The position numbers and the translations under genes are program-made. Below the pieces are notes generated by a model. It saw only the letters and a list, made by a program, of their open reading frames with translations. It was not told the origin of the DNA and did no database searches. A stretch of 64,000 nucleotides of DNA, taken from contig JASANG010000245.1 of the NCBI GenBank assembly GCA_030248215.1, positions 248,001 through 312,000 on the forward strand. The letters run 5' to 3'. The stretch's first letter is position 1. Every line of letters starts with the position of its first letter. Source of the stretch: Enoplolaimus lenunculus. Taxonomy: Eukaryota. Below are positions 1-13,500 of this stretch, piece by piece.

Positions 1-756
1 ATATATACATGATTTATAACTAATTTGAGCATCAAACATAACGGAATTTCCTGTATTTCTATAACAGAAACGAACATCGATTTTTACTGGAAATGGAAAC
101 GGAAATCCGATTATACCCTGGTTCGCCCTTCGAAGTAGGTATGGCCGTTTCAAATATACAGAAGTAAAATAGAATTGTTCAACTAACTGTGAGCGACAGC
201 ACTAACGATGGCCATTGCTCAATTTGCGGCGAATATATAAAATACAGCTTCGGTATTAAAATTTTGAAATCCAAATCGCCATTTTAGATACAGGAGTTCA
301 AGGTATTATAAAAGGCATATGCCAATTCAATGTAGTTTACAGCTTGAAAAACGGAATATGTGTCATGCCGGAAGTTAGAAGCGAGAACAAGTATAGTAAA
401 TGCTCAATTTGCAAATCTAGCAAATATATGTAAAATGTCAAAAATTTTGCTTTTAGCCTTATTTTTTATAAAATTTCTCAAAATTTTACCAAAAAGTGTC
501 AAACACGCCGGACGATGCCAGTTTTGTACAACAGAAAAATTACACTGTTCTACTGTAGTGACCCGAAAAGAGGGAGGGTAACTACTTAATTCCGCCCGGT
601 CTCGGTTTCACTTAAGCTACAGCTCGGTAATATATTTTGAGCAGCGGCTTCTGCATTATATATTTATATCTGGTTGCATCCTGCAAAATTGTTAGTCAAA
701 TATTGAAACTCATTATACGTGTTTACATTCACAGATTTATCGATTGTAACACGAAA

Positions 757-908
757 ATTGGTCCCGATAGGGGACTTAAATAGAGTAAGCTTTAGACTAT
801 TTTTTTGCTTGGTTAGGCTTTAAGCTTAATAGGAATATGCTCATTCTCACGCTTAGGCTTGGGAATATGCTTATAAATACTGTTCCGCCACTGTTCTTTA
901 CATTGGCC
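757..908. mobile_element. TTAGGC-bearing GGCC-ended MITE, partial
   Basis: Family internal motif ggaatatgctcattc with ttaggc units; right TIR ctgttctttacattggcc. Confidence 0.65.
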
Positions 909-1069
909 ACAATTTTGAAAATATATGATCTTGGGTCTCAAAGCAAAAATAAACACTTTGACGGACTGCACCCTAACCTACAGGTCTAAAGAACGACTGG
1001 GTTTTAATAACTGATAGATCTGCAAATAGTAGATTTTATGTTTATAAATAAATAGCAAAAAGAAATAAT

Positions 1070-1249
1070 GGCCCATGTATAGAGCAGGGTTGGAACGTTT
1101 TCCTGCGGGACTGTAATTGAGTAAGCTCAAACGGTAGACATTTTTGATTTAGGCTTAAGCTTTAGGCTAATACACTTAGGCTTACACTAAGGCTTTGGCT
1201 TAGAAATATTCTTATTCTACTGTTCCGGCCATGTTCTCTAAAATGGGCC
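1070..1249. mobile_element. TTAGGC-bearing GGCC-ended MITE
   Basis: TIRs ggcccatgtatagagca / tgttctctaaaatgggcc flank degenerate ttaggc units; no clear TSD. Confidence 0.7.
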
Positions 1250-1650
1250 GCTTTAATTTTATTGTGACAATATTTCCAGTTGTTTTTAAAGCGTTTAATA
1301 TTGCTTTCAAGACCTTACCGTTCACATTGTGCCACTTGCTAAAATTGTCTGTATACAATTCGATTGGCAATTTGATTTTAGTTCCCACAATAATCTTAGC
1401 TGCGTTTAATCTGCTTTAAGTGTTCTTAGCGCTTTGACGTACGTGAAATTTTGAAACATTTTAGTTTACGATTGCAGTATATTTCTTCCTGCTTTTATCG
1501 TTTTTTAGCTTAAGCAGCAAAAGAAACATTGTACATTACCGAAGTACTGACGCTGTATACTCTGCAAGAAATGCTGAGTAAAATCGACTCTCTTTGAAAT
1601 AGGCTTTTCAGGACTACCTACACAAACTGCGCCAAATTAGACTCCGCCAG

Positions 1651-3997
1651 ACTTTAAACAACAAAAAATTCACGCGCTGGACCTCGTCCACGACGAATTA
1701 ACGCTACACTTAATTGCTGGTAAATACCGGCAGCGTAGCGCATCTGCAAGTACCGGACAATTGAATCCGGATCCGGTTCTTCAAAGCGGATATTTGATGT
1801 TCCGGCGACGATTTGACGAACCATGGAAACGGCGTATGTTTTGGCTTAAACGTGGAAGCTTAATGTATTCAAAAGCGTACGAGTGTGACTTGACCAAGTG
1901 TCACTGTGTGGATATTAATGGATTTTCGGTATGCAAAAACGGTTTGAGTATGTACATTTAACGAGCTAACATTTCAAAGGTTTCAAAAATTAATCGAATT
2001 AAAATATTTCTATTTGCTGTAATATCGTATTTATGCATGCGCTATAAAACTGTGTCAAATTCGACTCATTCAGATGCACGTTTGACTCTGTCGGAGCCGA
2101 GTTTGATTCAGTGTGTGTAGTCCCGTAGAGCCTATTTCGGAAAGAGTCCATTTGACTCACCAATTTTTGCAGTGTGCGATCCATGCTGAAGTCGGAGGCG
2201 AAGGAATCTGATTCATAGCCTGAGTTAACCAAATTTGGCGAGATCCTGTAAAGCGAATTTAGGCAATAACGTTGAATTTGCTCATTTGTACACTAAAACC
2301 ATTTTGTGCGTTGTTATCAAAAATTGATTGTAAGTTTTGTTTTTGAAACATTCCGGCAACTAATAAAAGTGTTCAAAATTGCACAAAGGTAGCTAACAAG
2401 TCATGAATGTCGAACACAACTTTCATGAAAAGTCGAAAATTTCACTACTGAAATTGCCTGAATAATTTCCGACAAAAATTCTACCAAAGCTGAAGGTTAA
2501 TTTTCTGGCCGCACTGGAGAAACCAGAGCACCGGTTGTAACCTGGGTGGAAAAGCTAATTGCAGGTTGTTCAGTGCGGTGCAACTGAAGACAAATTCGAA
2601 TTGCGATTTGACCCACAAGATAATTCTGTCAAACTACAGCAATCGTCAATAGTGCATCAAACTATCGCACCATTTCATGCACTTTATTTTATGGCTTACA
2701 ACTCTGACATTGCGAAATCTTGGATTACCGCATTCGAAAAACAAGCGACAAACAAATGCTTGGATGGTTCCTCAGAAGAGCAACCGTCAGTTTCGGAAGA
2801 CACACGGACGCTTAAAGGTTGGCCCATTATTACTTTTGCCCGTTGTTAAACTTTTAGGGGCGTTTTCTGGTTTCCCTGTTGTGACTTCAATGGAATATAG
2901 TTTTTAAAGGCTTTAGATAACTTTTTGCTTAGACTTTAAAGTTTTTATATGCTTAGTTTTTAGGCAAAGTAAAGCATTGTTCGAAAAGAATAGCGAAGCG
3001 ATTATTTTATGTTTATTTGGAAAATGTTGCTTTGTTTGATTGTTGCTAAACTATATTTTGTAAACGCTGAACTTTTGAAAATTCACGACATTTTATTTTG
3101 TATTTGATTGGTTGACCGGCGAAGTATATCGCATTTGAAGCAGCAAATCAGAACGATCAGTAAAAAAATTTTAAACGTGTTTAACGCCAACAAAAAGTAC
3201 CAAACTGCCCGTTGAAAATGGTTCAATTCAGCGTTGCTCATAAATTTTGGCGTTAAAATTTGTTTATTAAACAATGAATAGCAAAATATATATGTCTCAG
3301 TAAATAACGAAATTTCGCGTTGTTGACCCGATGTCAAGATTATTTTGTTTCCGTAGCTGGACATATAAACGCGCTTAGACATAAGGTATTTTACTATAGT
3401 TTTGCAAAAAGCAAGATAACCTAGATCATCTGAAGCGCTTATCTCACCACATGAGCTGCCTAAAATGCAACGGTAACCAAAGTAGTTTAAATTAGTGATT
3501 TAATCTTAACTTTGACTATAGGCCGGTCAGTGTCCTATCCGCCGGTACCGTGCACAATACTAATGACCATAATGCATGGTTTACATTAATCTGTGTACGC
3601 GATGTGGACATTCTCACGAGCTATGGACGACGACTTTTGCTATTTCAAAAACAGCAGCTAGCGTTGGTTAAAATTTGAATTTTTCGTTAATTTATATATA
3701 CAAACGACAAAGCCTTGAAAAGGCAAAACCTGTTGTTACTGTAGTTGTGTTTTAAATAAATTTTGAACACTTGTCGTTTAGTGATTCGAAATTCACATTA
3801 GTATATTTTGTATTTCTGCTTCAGAACGAATACTGGACGAACTACGAAACACAAGTCCGCATCAAAGCGCACACTATATTGATTTGATGTTAAGACGTAC
3901 AAGTTTTCATGGAGTCTTGGACGCAAAGCGTGCGATCCGAAAAATATCTCAAATGCGTTGCCGAGAATGGTCGGTTGATGAAATGAGTCCAATATGA
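1651..3997 (+). CDS. PH-domain protein, 3' exons (1651-1928, 2565-2817, 3825-3997); 5' end not resolved
   Basis: The spliced translation gives a complete PH fold: VLQSGYLMFRRRFDEPWKRRMFWLKRGSLMY...VDINGFS|VVQCG...FELRF...LYFMAYNSDIAKSWITAFEKQ, including the conserved C-terminal helix Trp. Junctions are phase-consistent: TCG|gtatgc..ttgcag|GTT (phase 0) and AAAG|gttggc..cttcag|AA (phase 1). Stop TGA at 3995-3997. The acceptor at 1650 is uncertain. Confidence 0.75.
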
Positions 3998-4893
3998 TTG
4001 AATAGGTTTCCAAAATTATTGCTGTTTCTACGGTTTCAATCGTATTAAATACAGATTAAAATTATTGAGACGAGTTAACCTTCATTTATGAGTTCGGTTT
4101 CATAATTTTGCCAGAGGAATATAACTGCAGTGGCAGCTGGTTGTCCACGTACTTTAACTATGTACCAAGCTGATTCATTGTAAGACGTATTTGTCAGGGT
4201 ACAACCGGAGGTGTGGGATCGGGCACAATTTCTGTCCAAGGTTCCGGCAGAATTCCTGTCAGAGGTTTCGGCAATTTCGGTAGTAAAGTTTTGTACAACT
4301 TTGCAAAATTTATCTGTTCAGCGCGTTTTGTTTTTATGCTTTTTTCACAATTGTCAGGAAAGACACTGATATCGTGTCTAATTTTCGAAAAATGAGCGAA
4401 CATTTTTGCTTGTTTTTTGAATTTGTAAACGTAAAAATTGTAACGCTGTATGTCGGAAAATCTAACAAACATAATACACTCAACATAATATACTCACCAG
4501 GGCTGGCGTTAAGATAGTCGGCCCCCCAGACAGGCCCGGTGAGGCGCCCAATAAAATGTTTTACAACTCCATTTAGCGGGCGCATCCGCCGGCACTGACA
4601 CTTACGATGTACACCGTGAGAAATAATACCAAATGCATGGATTATTCGTTGAGGTATTAAAATACACATTCAAGAGTGAATGCATAGACAATACAAAATT
4701 GGAAAATGTATCGAGCCGAACAGCGCCAATCAAGTGTATATATGCATCAAAGTATCCTTTTCGTTCGGTGAACCTCAACCTGAAGGCTTTCTTGTATTTT
4801 TTCTAGATTCACCTTTGTGTATTTGTAGTTCAGTTTTAAATGTCCGCTATTTCCAGTTTAAGAATTCATCATATTGTAAACCAAAGACTGCTA

Positions 4894-5061
4894 GGCCAAT
4901 GTTACTTTAAGGGCCGTAACAGTAAATTAAGCGTATTGCTAAGCCTGCGCCTAAGCCTAAGCGTTGCAAAAATGAGTTCCTAAGCCTAAAGCCTAAGCAA
5001 AAAATGTAATCTAGAATCTAAACCTACTGTTTTATGGACCCACCAGAAAACTGGACGCCCC
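4894..5061. mobile_element. TTAGGC-bearing MITE (ggccaatgttacttta subfamily), right end truncated
   Basis: Colinear with copies at 16661, 18960 and 59152; contains gcctaa repeats. Confidence 0.75.
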
Positions 5062-5287
5062 ATCGTAGTTTGCTACTTCGTTGTATATACTCTGTTCAAT
5101 AATGTCAATTTATACTTTTAATTTTTTTGACCTGCATATCGAACAAAGCTTCGAATCTAATTTAGAAATACACGAAACTGACCTAGTTTAGGAACTAGTG
5201 AAATTTTTTGGCAAAACTACAGATGTTTAAGTATTTTCCATCGATTAGGTAATATAGTGTTTTCTAGCTTAGTGACACGGAACGTAT

Positions 5288-5470
5288 GGTCCATGTATAG
5301 AACAGTGCCCTAACAGCAGTATAAGCATATTCCGAAGGCCTAAGCGCAAGAATGAGCCCACTCCTAAGGCTTAAGCCTAAAGCCTAAGCGAAAAAGTTAG
5401 TCTAAAGCTTTAAACTGACTCTATTACAGCCCCGTCGGAACACGATCCGGCCCTGTTCTATACATGGGTC
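5288..5470. mobile_element. TTAGGC-bearing MITE (ggcccatgtatagaacag subfamily)
   Basis: TIRs ggtccatgtatagaacag / ctgttctatacatgggtc; flanks gaacgtat / gagcgtgt match 6 of 8. Confidence 0.8.
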
Positions 5471-5624
5471 GAGCGTGTGATCGCTTGGGGGGGGATTGAA
5501 AAGAATATATAGCGCTATTTCAGGCTACGGAGGTACCAAAAATACCAAGATAAACCAGTTTTTCTGGTTTTTCTCTCAAGGCGTGGAAAAACAGAAAAAA
5601 GTTTAAAAATACATTACTTTCAGC

Positions 5625-5855
5625 GGCCAATGTAAAGAAAAGGGTGCGGAGCAGTAATACAAGCATTTCCTAAGCTTAAGCCTAAGCCTAAGCGTAAGAA
5701 TGAGCATATTCCTAAGCCTAAGCCTTAACCTAAGCGTAAGAATGAGCATATTCACAAAGCCTAAGCCTAAGCCAAGCAAAAAATAAGTCTAAAGCTTAAG
5801 CTTACGCTATTGCAGTCCCACAGAAAAACGTTCGTCCCTGATCTTTACATGGGCC
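5625..5855. mobile_element. TTAGGC-bearing MITE (ggccaatgtaaaga subfamily)
   Basis: TIRs ggccaatgtaaaga / tctttacatgggcc; gcctaa arrays interrupted by gcgtaagaatgagcatattc. Confidence 0.85.
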
Positions 5856-6585
5856 AATAAAAGAAATTTGTCAATCGAAGCAATCGGTGAAAAACAGATA
5901 TGTTTATGTAATCGAAGTTGCTAATCGAAAAATTTTACTTTTGTATAAAATAAAAGAATTGATTTTGTCTTCTATGCCGTATACCCTTTATTTAGGACGC
6001 ACCCAACAAAAGATCTTAGTCTTAGGGGCAAACGTTCACAGCCATGCCGAGATATAACAACAATATTACCACCATGACCAAATACACTTTAATAGCAAAT
6101 TATGGCAAAACATTTTGACTGCATCCGCTATTTCATTTGTTGACAATTTTTGAAACCGAAATCTTTGACACCCGATGACTGTTTCTAATGTATTTTAATT
6201 CGGTTTCACGGGTTTGAACGTTTCTACAACTGTATTTTTGTTAAACCAGAATATTTGAAACCACTTTGACTATGCTTTAGGCCGTTTGAAAATTTCAAAA
6301 GCCATGCGAATATTTTGGCTAATATATATCGTTTATTCAGACAGGCTTACAGACATCAAAATATAAACCAGAGAGCGGGTACGTGTACATGGCGCTGTAT
6401 GATGAATATTTCTGGTTTTGCTATGATAATTTTATTCAAATCGGGTTTAACTGGCACAGTATACTGTTTGTGTTTGTGTATCGCATAGTATGATGATACA
6501 TTTGGCACACGTGGATATTACGGATTTCACGAATAAATTTCGCGAATATCCGGTTGTCTTTTATTTTTCTCTCATTGAAGATTTC

Positions 6586-6773
6586 ATCCGATGTATAGAA
6601 CAGGACAAACAGTAGTAAAGCATATACCTAAGCCTAAGCGTAAAATTGAGCTTATATCAAAACCTGTGCCTAACTCTAAGCCTGAGACTAATTAAAAAAA
6701 TACTGTCTTAAACTAATGTTTACTCTATTGTAGTCTGGGGAAAAACGTTCCGCCCTTGATCTTTACATCGGCC
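6586..6773. mobile_element. TTAGGC-bearing MITE with 8-bp TSD
   Basis: TSD aagatttc at 6578-6585 and 6774-6781. Confidence 0.8.
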
Positions 6774-7036
6774 AAGATTTCATTGACCAAAAAGTTGTAA
6801 GTTTCTTCAAATATTAAAGCAGGACGCTGTGCCGACAGTTTAGCGACTCAAATGCATCTTTGAAAATAAAGGGAACCGAAACAGATGTTCGCGGTACAGT
6901 AAAACGCGATCCTAAAGGTTTTCGTTTGAAGAAAAATTCCGCCCACAAGGCTCAACAATTTATGTATCATAGCTTGCTGCATGTAAATGCTATTTTATCG
7001 CTATGTGACCAACGATGCACAAGCTATGGTCAAATG

Positions 7037-7299
7037 GACTAATGTAAAGAACAGGAGCGAAACAGTATTACAAGCATATTCCTAAGCCTAAGGCTAAGCC
7101 TAGAGCCTGAGCCTAAGTGTAAGAATAAGTTTATTCGTAATGCTAAACCTTAGCCTAAGCCAGTGCCTAATAGTAAAAATATGTTCATTCCTAAGCATAA
7201 GCCTAAAGCCTAAACCAAGCAAAAAATTAGTCTAAAGCTTAAGCTTACTCTTTTCTAGTCCCACAGAAAAACGTTCCGCCCCTGATCTTCACATGGACC
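7037..7299. mobile_element. TTAGGC-bearing MITE with 8-bp TSD
   Basis: TSD gtcaaatg at 7029-7036 and 7300-7307; long gcctaa tract. Confidence 0.85.
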
Positions 7300-7575
7300 G
7301 TCAAATGAATGATTTAGCGCGTTCTCATAATTTGTTAAACTTTTTGAAAAAAAAATTTCCCTCCCATAGGTGAATCTTTAATACCTGACAAATCCGAATT
7401 CTTCAAAAATTCAAATTTCACTGCTCAAGCGGAATGAGATCAAATGGGATTGCGAGGAGGTCAGATGTGCCAAAAATGTTCCAATTTTTTTGGGCAAACG
7501 TCCGTTGATGGCGAATAACGAAAGATATTTTCTTCCGATGTTTACATTGTTTACAGCATAAATTTATTACTCATC

Positions 7576-10500
7576 ATGTTACCAAATATCATGCTTCAAG
7601 TACTCGTTGTTGTAATCGTTCACAACCCGTTGCTTGCGGCAACAGCCAACAAACGCAGCGTCATTTACAACCGTGCAAAACGTCAGACGCAATCGCCGCC
7701 CGCGGACGTATTCACTTCAACTCCAGCTGCACCTGAAAATTTTCAAAATGCTCCCAGTTCAACTCAACCGACCGTTCAATCGACCACAGCAATTGCCAAC
7801 AGAGCGTCGATGTCTACAATTGCACCAATCGTTGAAAATTCAGCACTTTGGGGCTGTCGGTGGCCTCCTGATTATTTGCATCGGTTGAAATTTTGTTCTC
7901 AATCAGCTGAGCTTGAGTTGAACGCTGGGCATGGCGTGACTGTCGATGATATGGTATTGTACGGATTGTTGAATCGTAAAGTTGTCGACCAGTTTATGCA
8001 AAGTTGTATGCATGAAAACAAATGCCCCGGACAGGTATGTGAGTACCGGTCAGCAACCAGTTGCGCATTATGTGAGTACCAGGGTACTACGGAGGTCTGC
8101 GTCCGGCTCTGGCTCCGGCACAAAATCGGGCTCCAGCTCTTGCCGGAGGTTTCGGGCAATTTCGGTATTAAAATTTTGCAATTATTTGGCAAAATTAATC
8201 TGGTTAGCGCGTTTTGCTTCACTTTTGTTACAATGTTCAGGAAAGAATTTTCCAAATTTCGCAGAAAATTAGCGTAAAACAAATCTACTTAACACCATAT
8301 TACAGATATTGGCTAAAATTAACTAATTAACCATTATTTTTACTACCGATTTCGCGTCACCTCCGGCTCCGGCTCCGGCTTTGGCTCCGGCAAGTTTCGT
8401 TGACCTCCGGCTCCGGTATTTTTCACTTCCGGTTGCACCCTGGTGAGTACCGATCAGCAACCAGTTGCGCATTATTTGTTTGTTTTATTGGGATGTGGGC
8501 AGAGAGCAAGATTTTTACTACCAATTTCGCCTCACCTCCGGCTCCGGCTCCGGCTTTGGCTCCGGCAAGTTTCGTTGACCTCCGGCTCCGGTATTTTTCA
8601 CCTCCGGTTGCGCATTATTGGTTCGTTTTATTGGGATGTGGGCAGCGCGCGAGATGAAAGTTTTCTGGTGCGCTTTTGTGATCGTACAGCCAAATGAAGG
8701 CTGTCAAATAAGCTACACAACCTTGTGCGATGATTTCGAAACTTTAATTTTCCATAATAAATGCTAATTGAAAACAAACCATGTAAAATCACATTGGCAG
8801 TGCCAGAGCAGACAGGGGTGGCGGCTCCCCCCAAACATCAGGGTGGGGCCCCCAAACTCGCGAGCGAAGCGAACGAGAAGCCAAACGAATTTTAAAATTT
8901 CGGCGGTTTTTGTTTCAATTGGTTAGGGTGGGGACCCTTTAAGGGGTAGAGAGGGCCAAATGGGGGCTATGGGGGGCTGCTTTAGCCCTACGGATCAGGA
9001 TGCTGTTGCGCTCTTTAAACCAAATTGCTGGTGACCGCTGTTATAAGTATTCAGCGCATAGATCATGATATTTTATCAGTTAAAGGTTTGACAAGTAATC
9101 AATAGTTTAGAAGGTTCATCTTCCTCAGGCATGTTCGTCAGAGTTCGAAGACACTTCTGTACATTCAATGCATCATATACTGTACCCGAATATTAAGAGT
9201 GGAGTAATATGAGGGGTCCACATTTGAGTCCCAATCAATAAGGTCCGTATCCCTAATGAGAGTCCGTGAGCGGATAGAGTCCCCAAAGTCAAATTTGAGT
9301 CCATAAATGTCAATTATCTTTAATTGTAATGCATAAATGACTCCGGCACCAAATAAAGCTGAGTTCGAAACTTTAAAGCATACTTAAGTTTTGAAAGTAC
9401 ATTCCTATGTGTAACCTTGCATTATCGCTCAAGCTATTCACACAAGACAAATAAACGTTTAATTCAACGGATGGTTTGCAATATCGAATATATATCGGTA
9501 ACGAAGGGCGTCGCATGGTTGGTTAAAAATAAATACCAGTCTTGCTATGTTTGTGCGCACCTACGCCTTGGAAATATGATTTCAGTATAAACTCGACGAT
9601 TTAAAAGCGTTTTTGATATTTTGGTACGAAAACAGTCAAAAGTTAGATTCGTTTCGATCATGTCTTCAACAAAACACTGAGGGTATGGTAAAATTGTGCA
9701 ATCCTGATTCTCAGGTGAGCGTATAAGCTAAGTGGATCCACACAGTGGCTACGGATTACAATTTTTCAAAAACTATCACAGTGTTTGGCTTATGTTTTAG
9801 CATGTAAAATTTTCTTTCGTTTCAATTTAGCCAGTATTATCGCGGTTGTTAGATTCATTAGTTTTCTCGTTTAGGGTAGGTATCACGACAATTCGTTGCC
9901 CGACAACTTGTTATTCGAAATATCGTCGACTCGACAATTCGTCGCTCATCATTATGCTTTTAGGCTTAGGCTTACTATTATACTCAGATGTGTTAATAGG
10001 CCATACGGCACTGTTTGGCGAAAAGTTGTCGGGCGACTAAATGTTCTAGATTCCTTAGGGAAAACCTGTTACAGCAAAAAGACCCAGGGAAGGCTCAGGT
10101 GCCTAAGAAACAATGGAATTTTTTAACCCCGCTAATAAGTCATGTGAACTATTTGAATACTCCACATTAAAACTGTTATGGACCCCGTAGAACTTTGAAT
10201 TGACTACGGCCTGGGTTCGGCTTGCTATAGTGTATATATGTAGATCGACCGCGTGATGTATTGGCAGTATGATTGATTCAAGGACCCATATTCTCAAATG
10301 CATATAGCACCTATCACCAGTTAGTAGTAGCTTTTCAAACTAACAGACTACTGCAATTGCCGATCTCAAAAAAATTTTCACAAAAATAAAGTAAAAATCG
10401 AAAGCAATTAAATGTGCTGAATATCAAACCTCACCATTTTTTGGTTCAAAATTTCCCAGCTCTATCACCAAATGGTAATCGGTGCTACACACATTTGAGA

Positions 10501-13500
10501 ATACAGGCTAACTCATTGTTCACAATAAAAAATTTCATTTTGCCACCTAAAACATTATAAGACAGGGTTAACACGTATCAATTTTCAGAATTGTCATGCG
10601 TTAACCCTACCCTAACGTGTGTTACAAGATGCCCTGTAACACGTATTAGTATAGGGCTGTGACATGTAATTGGGTAGGGTTAACGCAATTTTTTCGTTAG
10701 GGAAGGGTTATCGCATGACAATTTTGTAAATTGACACGTGTTAATACACCCTGCCGTATAATGTTTTCGGTGGCAAAATGAAATTTTTTATTGTGAACGA
10801 TGCATAATGTCCGCGGTTCGATTCTATGCAAAATGTTGATTTTAGGTTGGCAAAATAATCAGCGGATCTGCCGGTCTTCATTTAAACCTGCTCAACATGA
10901 TGGTGAAACTGAGTCAAGAAGTTCAAAAAAACGATACTGAGAGTCCTTGTTTGCTTAAAATCGCAGAGGCTATGCATATGACAGCTGCGATTTATTTAGA
11001 TACTAGTGCCTATACAGAAAACACTGTAAGTTTCAGGGGGTCAACGTTAACGAATGACAGGTACTCGATTATTCATCCGGTCAGCTTTGCAACTATACTG
11101 CAAAAAAATGGTGTGTCAAATTGACTCCCTCCGAAACAGGCTTTACGGGACTATACAAACTGAGTCAAAATTCGACTCCGCTAGAGTCAAACGTGCGCCT
11201 AAGTGAGTCGTATTTGATTCTGAAGAAGTCGAATTTGACTCTGTTTGTGTAGTCCCGTAGAACCTGTTTCGGAGAGAGTCAATTTGATTCGCCATTTTTT
11301 GCAGTGTACGGTAGCAGGTGCCGAAACGACGTCGTCGTCCCGCCCTGTGCGCACATTTTCATCTCAGGGCCGGAAAAGTGTTAGACAACATTAACTGATG
11401 TTATGTTTTGAAATTTTTCTCACCGCCCTGGGGAGTCCACAGAAAATTACGTTTGGGCTGATCAACGAACAATTTTGGGGCACCCCTACAATTGCAACTC
11501 AAGATTGGTTACTTTTAGACCAAGTCAATTTAGGGGGTAGCAGCTAAATTTGGGGGGCACACCCCCCAATGCCCCCCGAGGCGATCCCCGTGCCATCGCC
11601 CCTTGTTGATTTGGACCGGTCCCGTCTACTAACAATAGTCCTTGTTGTGGGACTGCATCCAGCAACTTTATGTAGTTTCGGAAGTACATGAGTTCTTTAT
11701 TAAATCCTTACAATGTATTTTTGGCAGTTGTAAAATTTCAATACAACAATACGTCATCTCATTGCCGGCGGAAGCGCTTCTGACCTACCATTTGGTGAGC
11801 CTGACCGTTGAGGCCATCATCTTGGCAAACGTTTTTCGCTGACCACGAAATTACAGAGCTGTGAAACATTTTATCGGACCCCCATAAACCTGTTTCGAGG
11901 CGACTATCGTAAACGCAAGCCCTGTGGTCATCTGATCATACCATCTGTTTTCATAATCAATTCTAGCAAATATTTGTTGTTTTTGTGGCCGATATAGGCA
12001 TATAAATCTGTAATATGCTTTTTTGCTTCAGGTAATGTGCTGGAATGTTGTTAAAGAACAATGTAATGAAAACTGCACAAAGGTAAGTGTATGATAATTA
12101 TGAAATTATTGACTTCAAGTAATCTAAAATTTTACCAGTTGAGTCGTAGAGACGTGGTAAATATAGGTATATTCTAGTTTTTAGTGAATTTCAAATTCAG
12201 TGATAATTTCACCGAATTCCTCTCAGTTGCAAGGTTGAAATGGTTTAGCCATCACAGGTTTGTAGAAGTCTGCCAAACCTTCTTGCGTCAGCTTTACCAA
12301 ATTCAACTTTAAAATTTTTCTGGATAAACGTTTAATAGTTCGAAATTTTTACTCGATATATAATTTTGGAAACGTTTTGTACATGACGACAGAGGAAGGC
12401 GATAAGGGAGGGGTGATGAGGGTGCCCCCACTCTATGGTCCAGGCCGACCAAAAATTTTTTTGCATAATTTGTATTTGTTCGTTTTTCTGACAAATGTTG
12501 AAAAAATTTGCGCTTCGAGCAATTTAACTAAACACCCTTTATGGTGGCGTTTTCGTCGGGTAATCAATTGGATTTCAATCTTACCCCTGTGACAAAAACG
12601 TAAGCTAAACTGCATGGTTAAGTAATTTTCAAAATCCAACCATTTTTGGACGAACACCGGCTGGAAACATAACCGAAATCACCCCAAAAACGGGCATGCG
12701 CCCCACCGTAGGTATTCACATTACCTCCTCTGTATGGCGAAACGACAAAGTTGGAACCAAGACCGAAACCAGTCAAATTAATCGGTCAAACCAGTTCAAT
12801 TCTATTATTTTTGTGAGGGTTTTTATGAAATTTTTCGATAGGTGATCCATCGAAACTTCTTCGAAAATTTTAGCACAACGGATATATATGTTTTTATTCG
12901 AAATTTTGACTATGCCATTGTTTGATATAAATTTCGTTTGTTTTAGTTCGCGTCAGAATTGAACTGCGTTCATAATGTTTGTGAAAATGTGACCTACACT
13001 TTCTTCCAGCAGTAAGTTTAGTTTCTGTTGTGATCATATAAAATAGCACTAATCACTAGGGTTCCAACCGGAACTAGATTTTGTCGGAAGCGGAATCGAA
13101 ATCGGAATCAATTTTTTCTGTCGGAACCGGAATCGGAATCGCATTCAAGTTTTAGTAATTCTATTGAAAAGTTAAAGATGTATGACTTTTAAGTTTTGTT
13201 GCAGTATGCCTGTTTCCGTTACTGCTCACAGTTTCAGCAAAAATTGTTCATTTAGCTGGCGGAATACACGTAATAAATCGGAATATATACTAAGAAAAAA
13301 CCAGCAGAATAATTGCAAACGAACGAAACAAAACAAAACAAGCAAAATCTATGTTCAATCATCTTAACAACTCATAACCGAAAAATCGGAATTCCGTCAT
13401 CGCAGTCAGCCGGAATCGGAAGTCAAAATTTCCCGGAATTTTAGCCGGAATCGGAATTCCGATGGAACCCTGCTAATCACTAAATCAGTATTTGTCATAG

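Noticed and set aside
1651..3997. PH gene as a duplicated fragment of the CNK PH domain
   Set aside because: The similarity is only generic PH consensus; intron positions and C-terminal motifs differ.
8035..8277. C-terminal part of the 233-aa ORF at 7576
   Set aside because: It is read-through past the donor at 8035 into intron and hAT-like MITE sequence.
11677..11793. Extra exon of the orphan membrane gene (tgtag| ... |gtgagc)
   Set aside because: The required phase-0 frame hits TGA at ~11782, and exon 3 splices cleanly to 12032 without it. At most an unproven alternative terminal exon.
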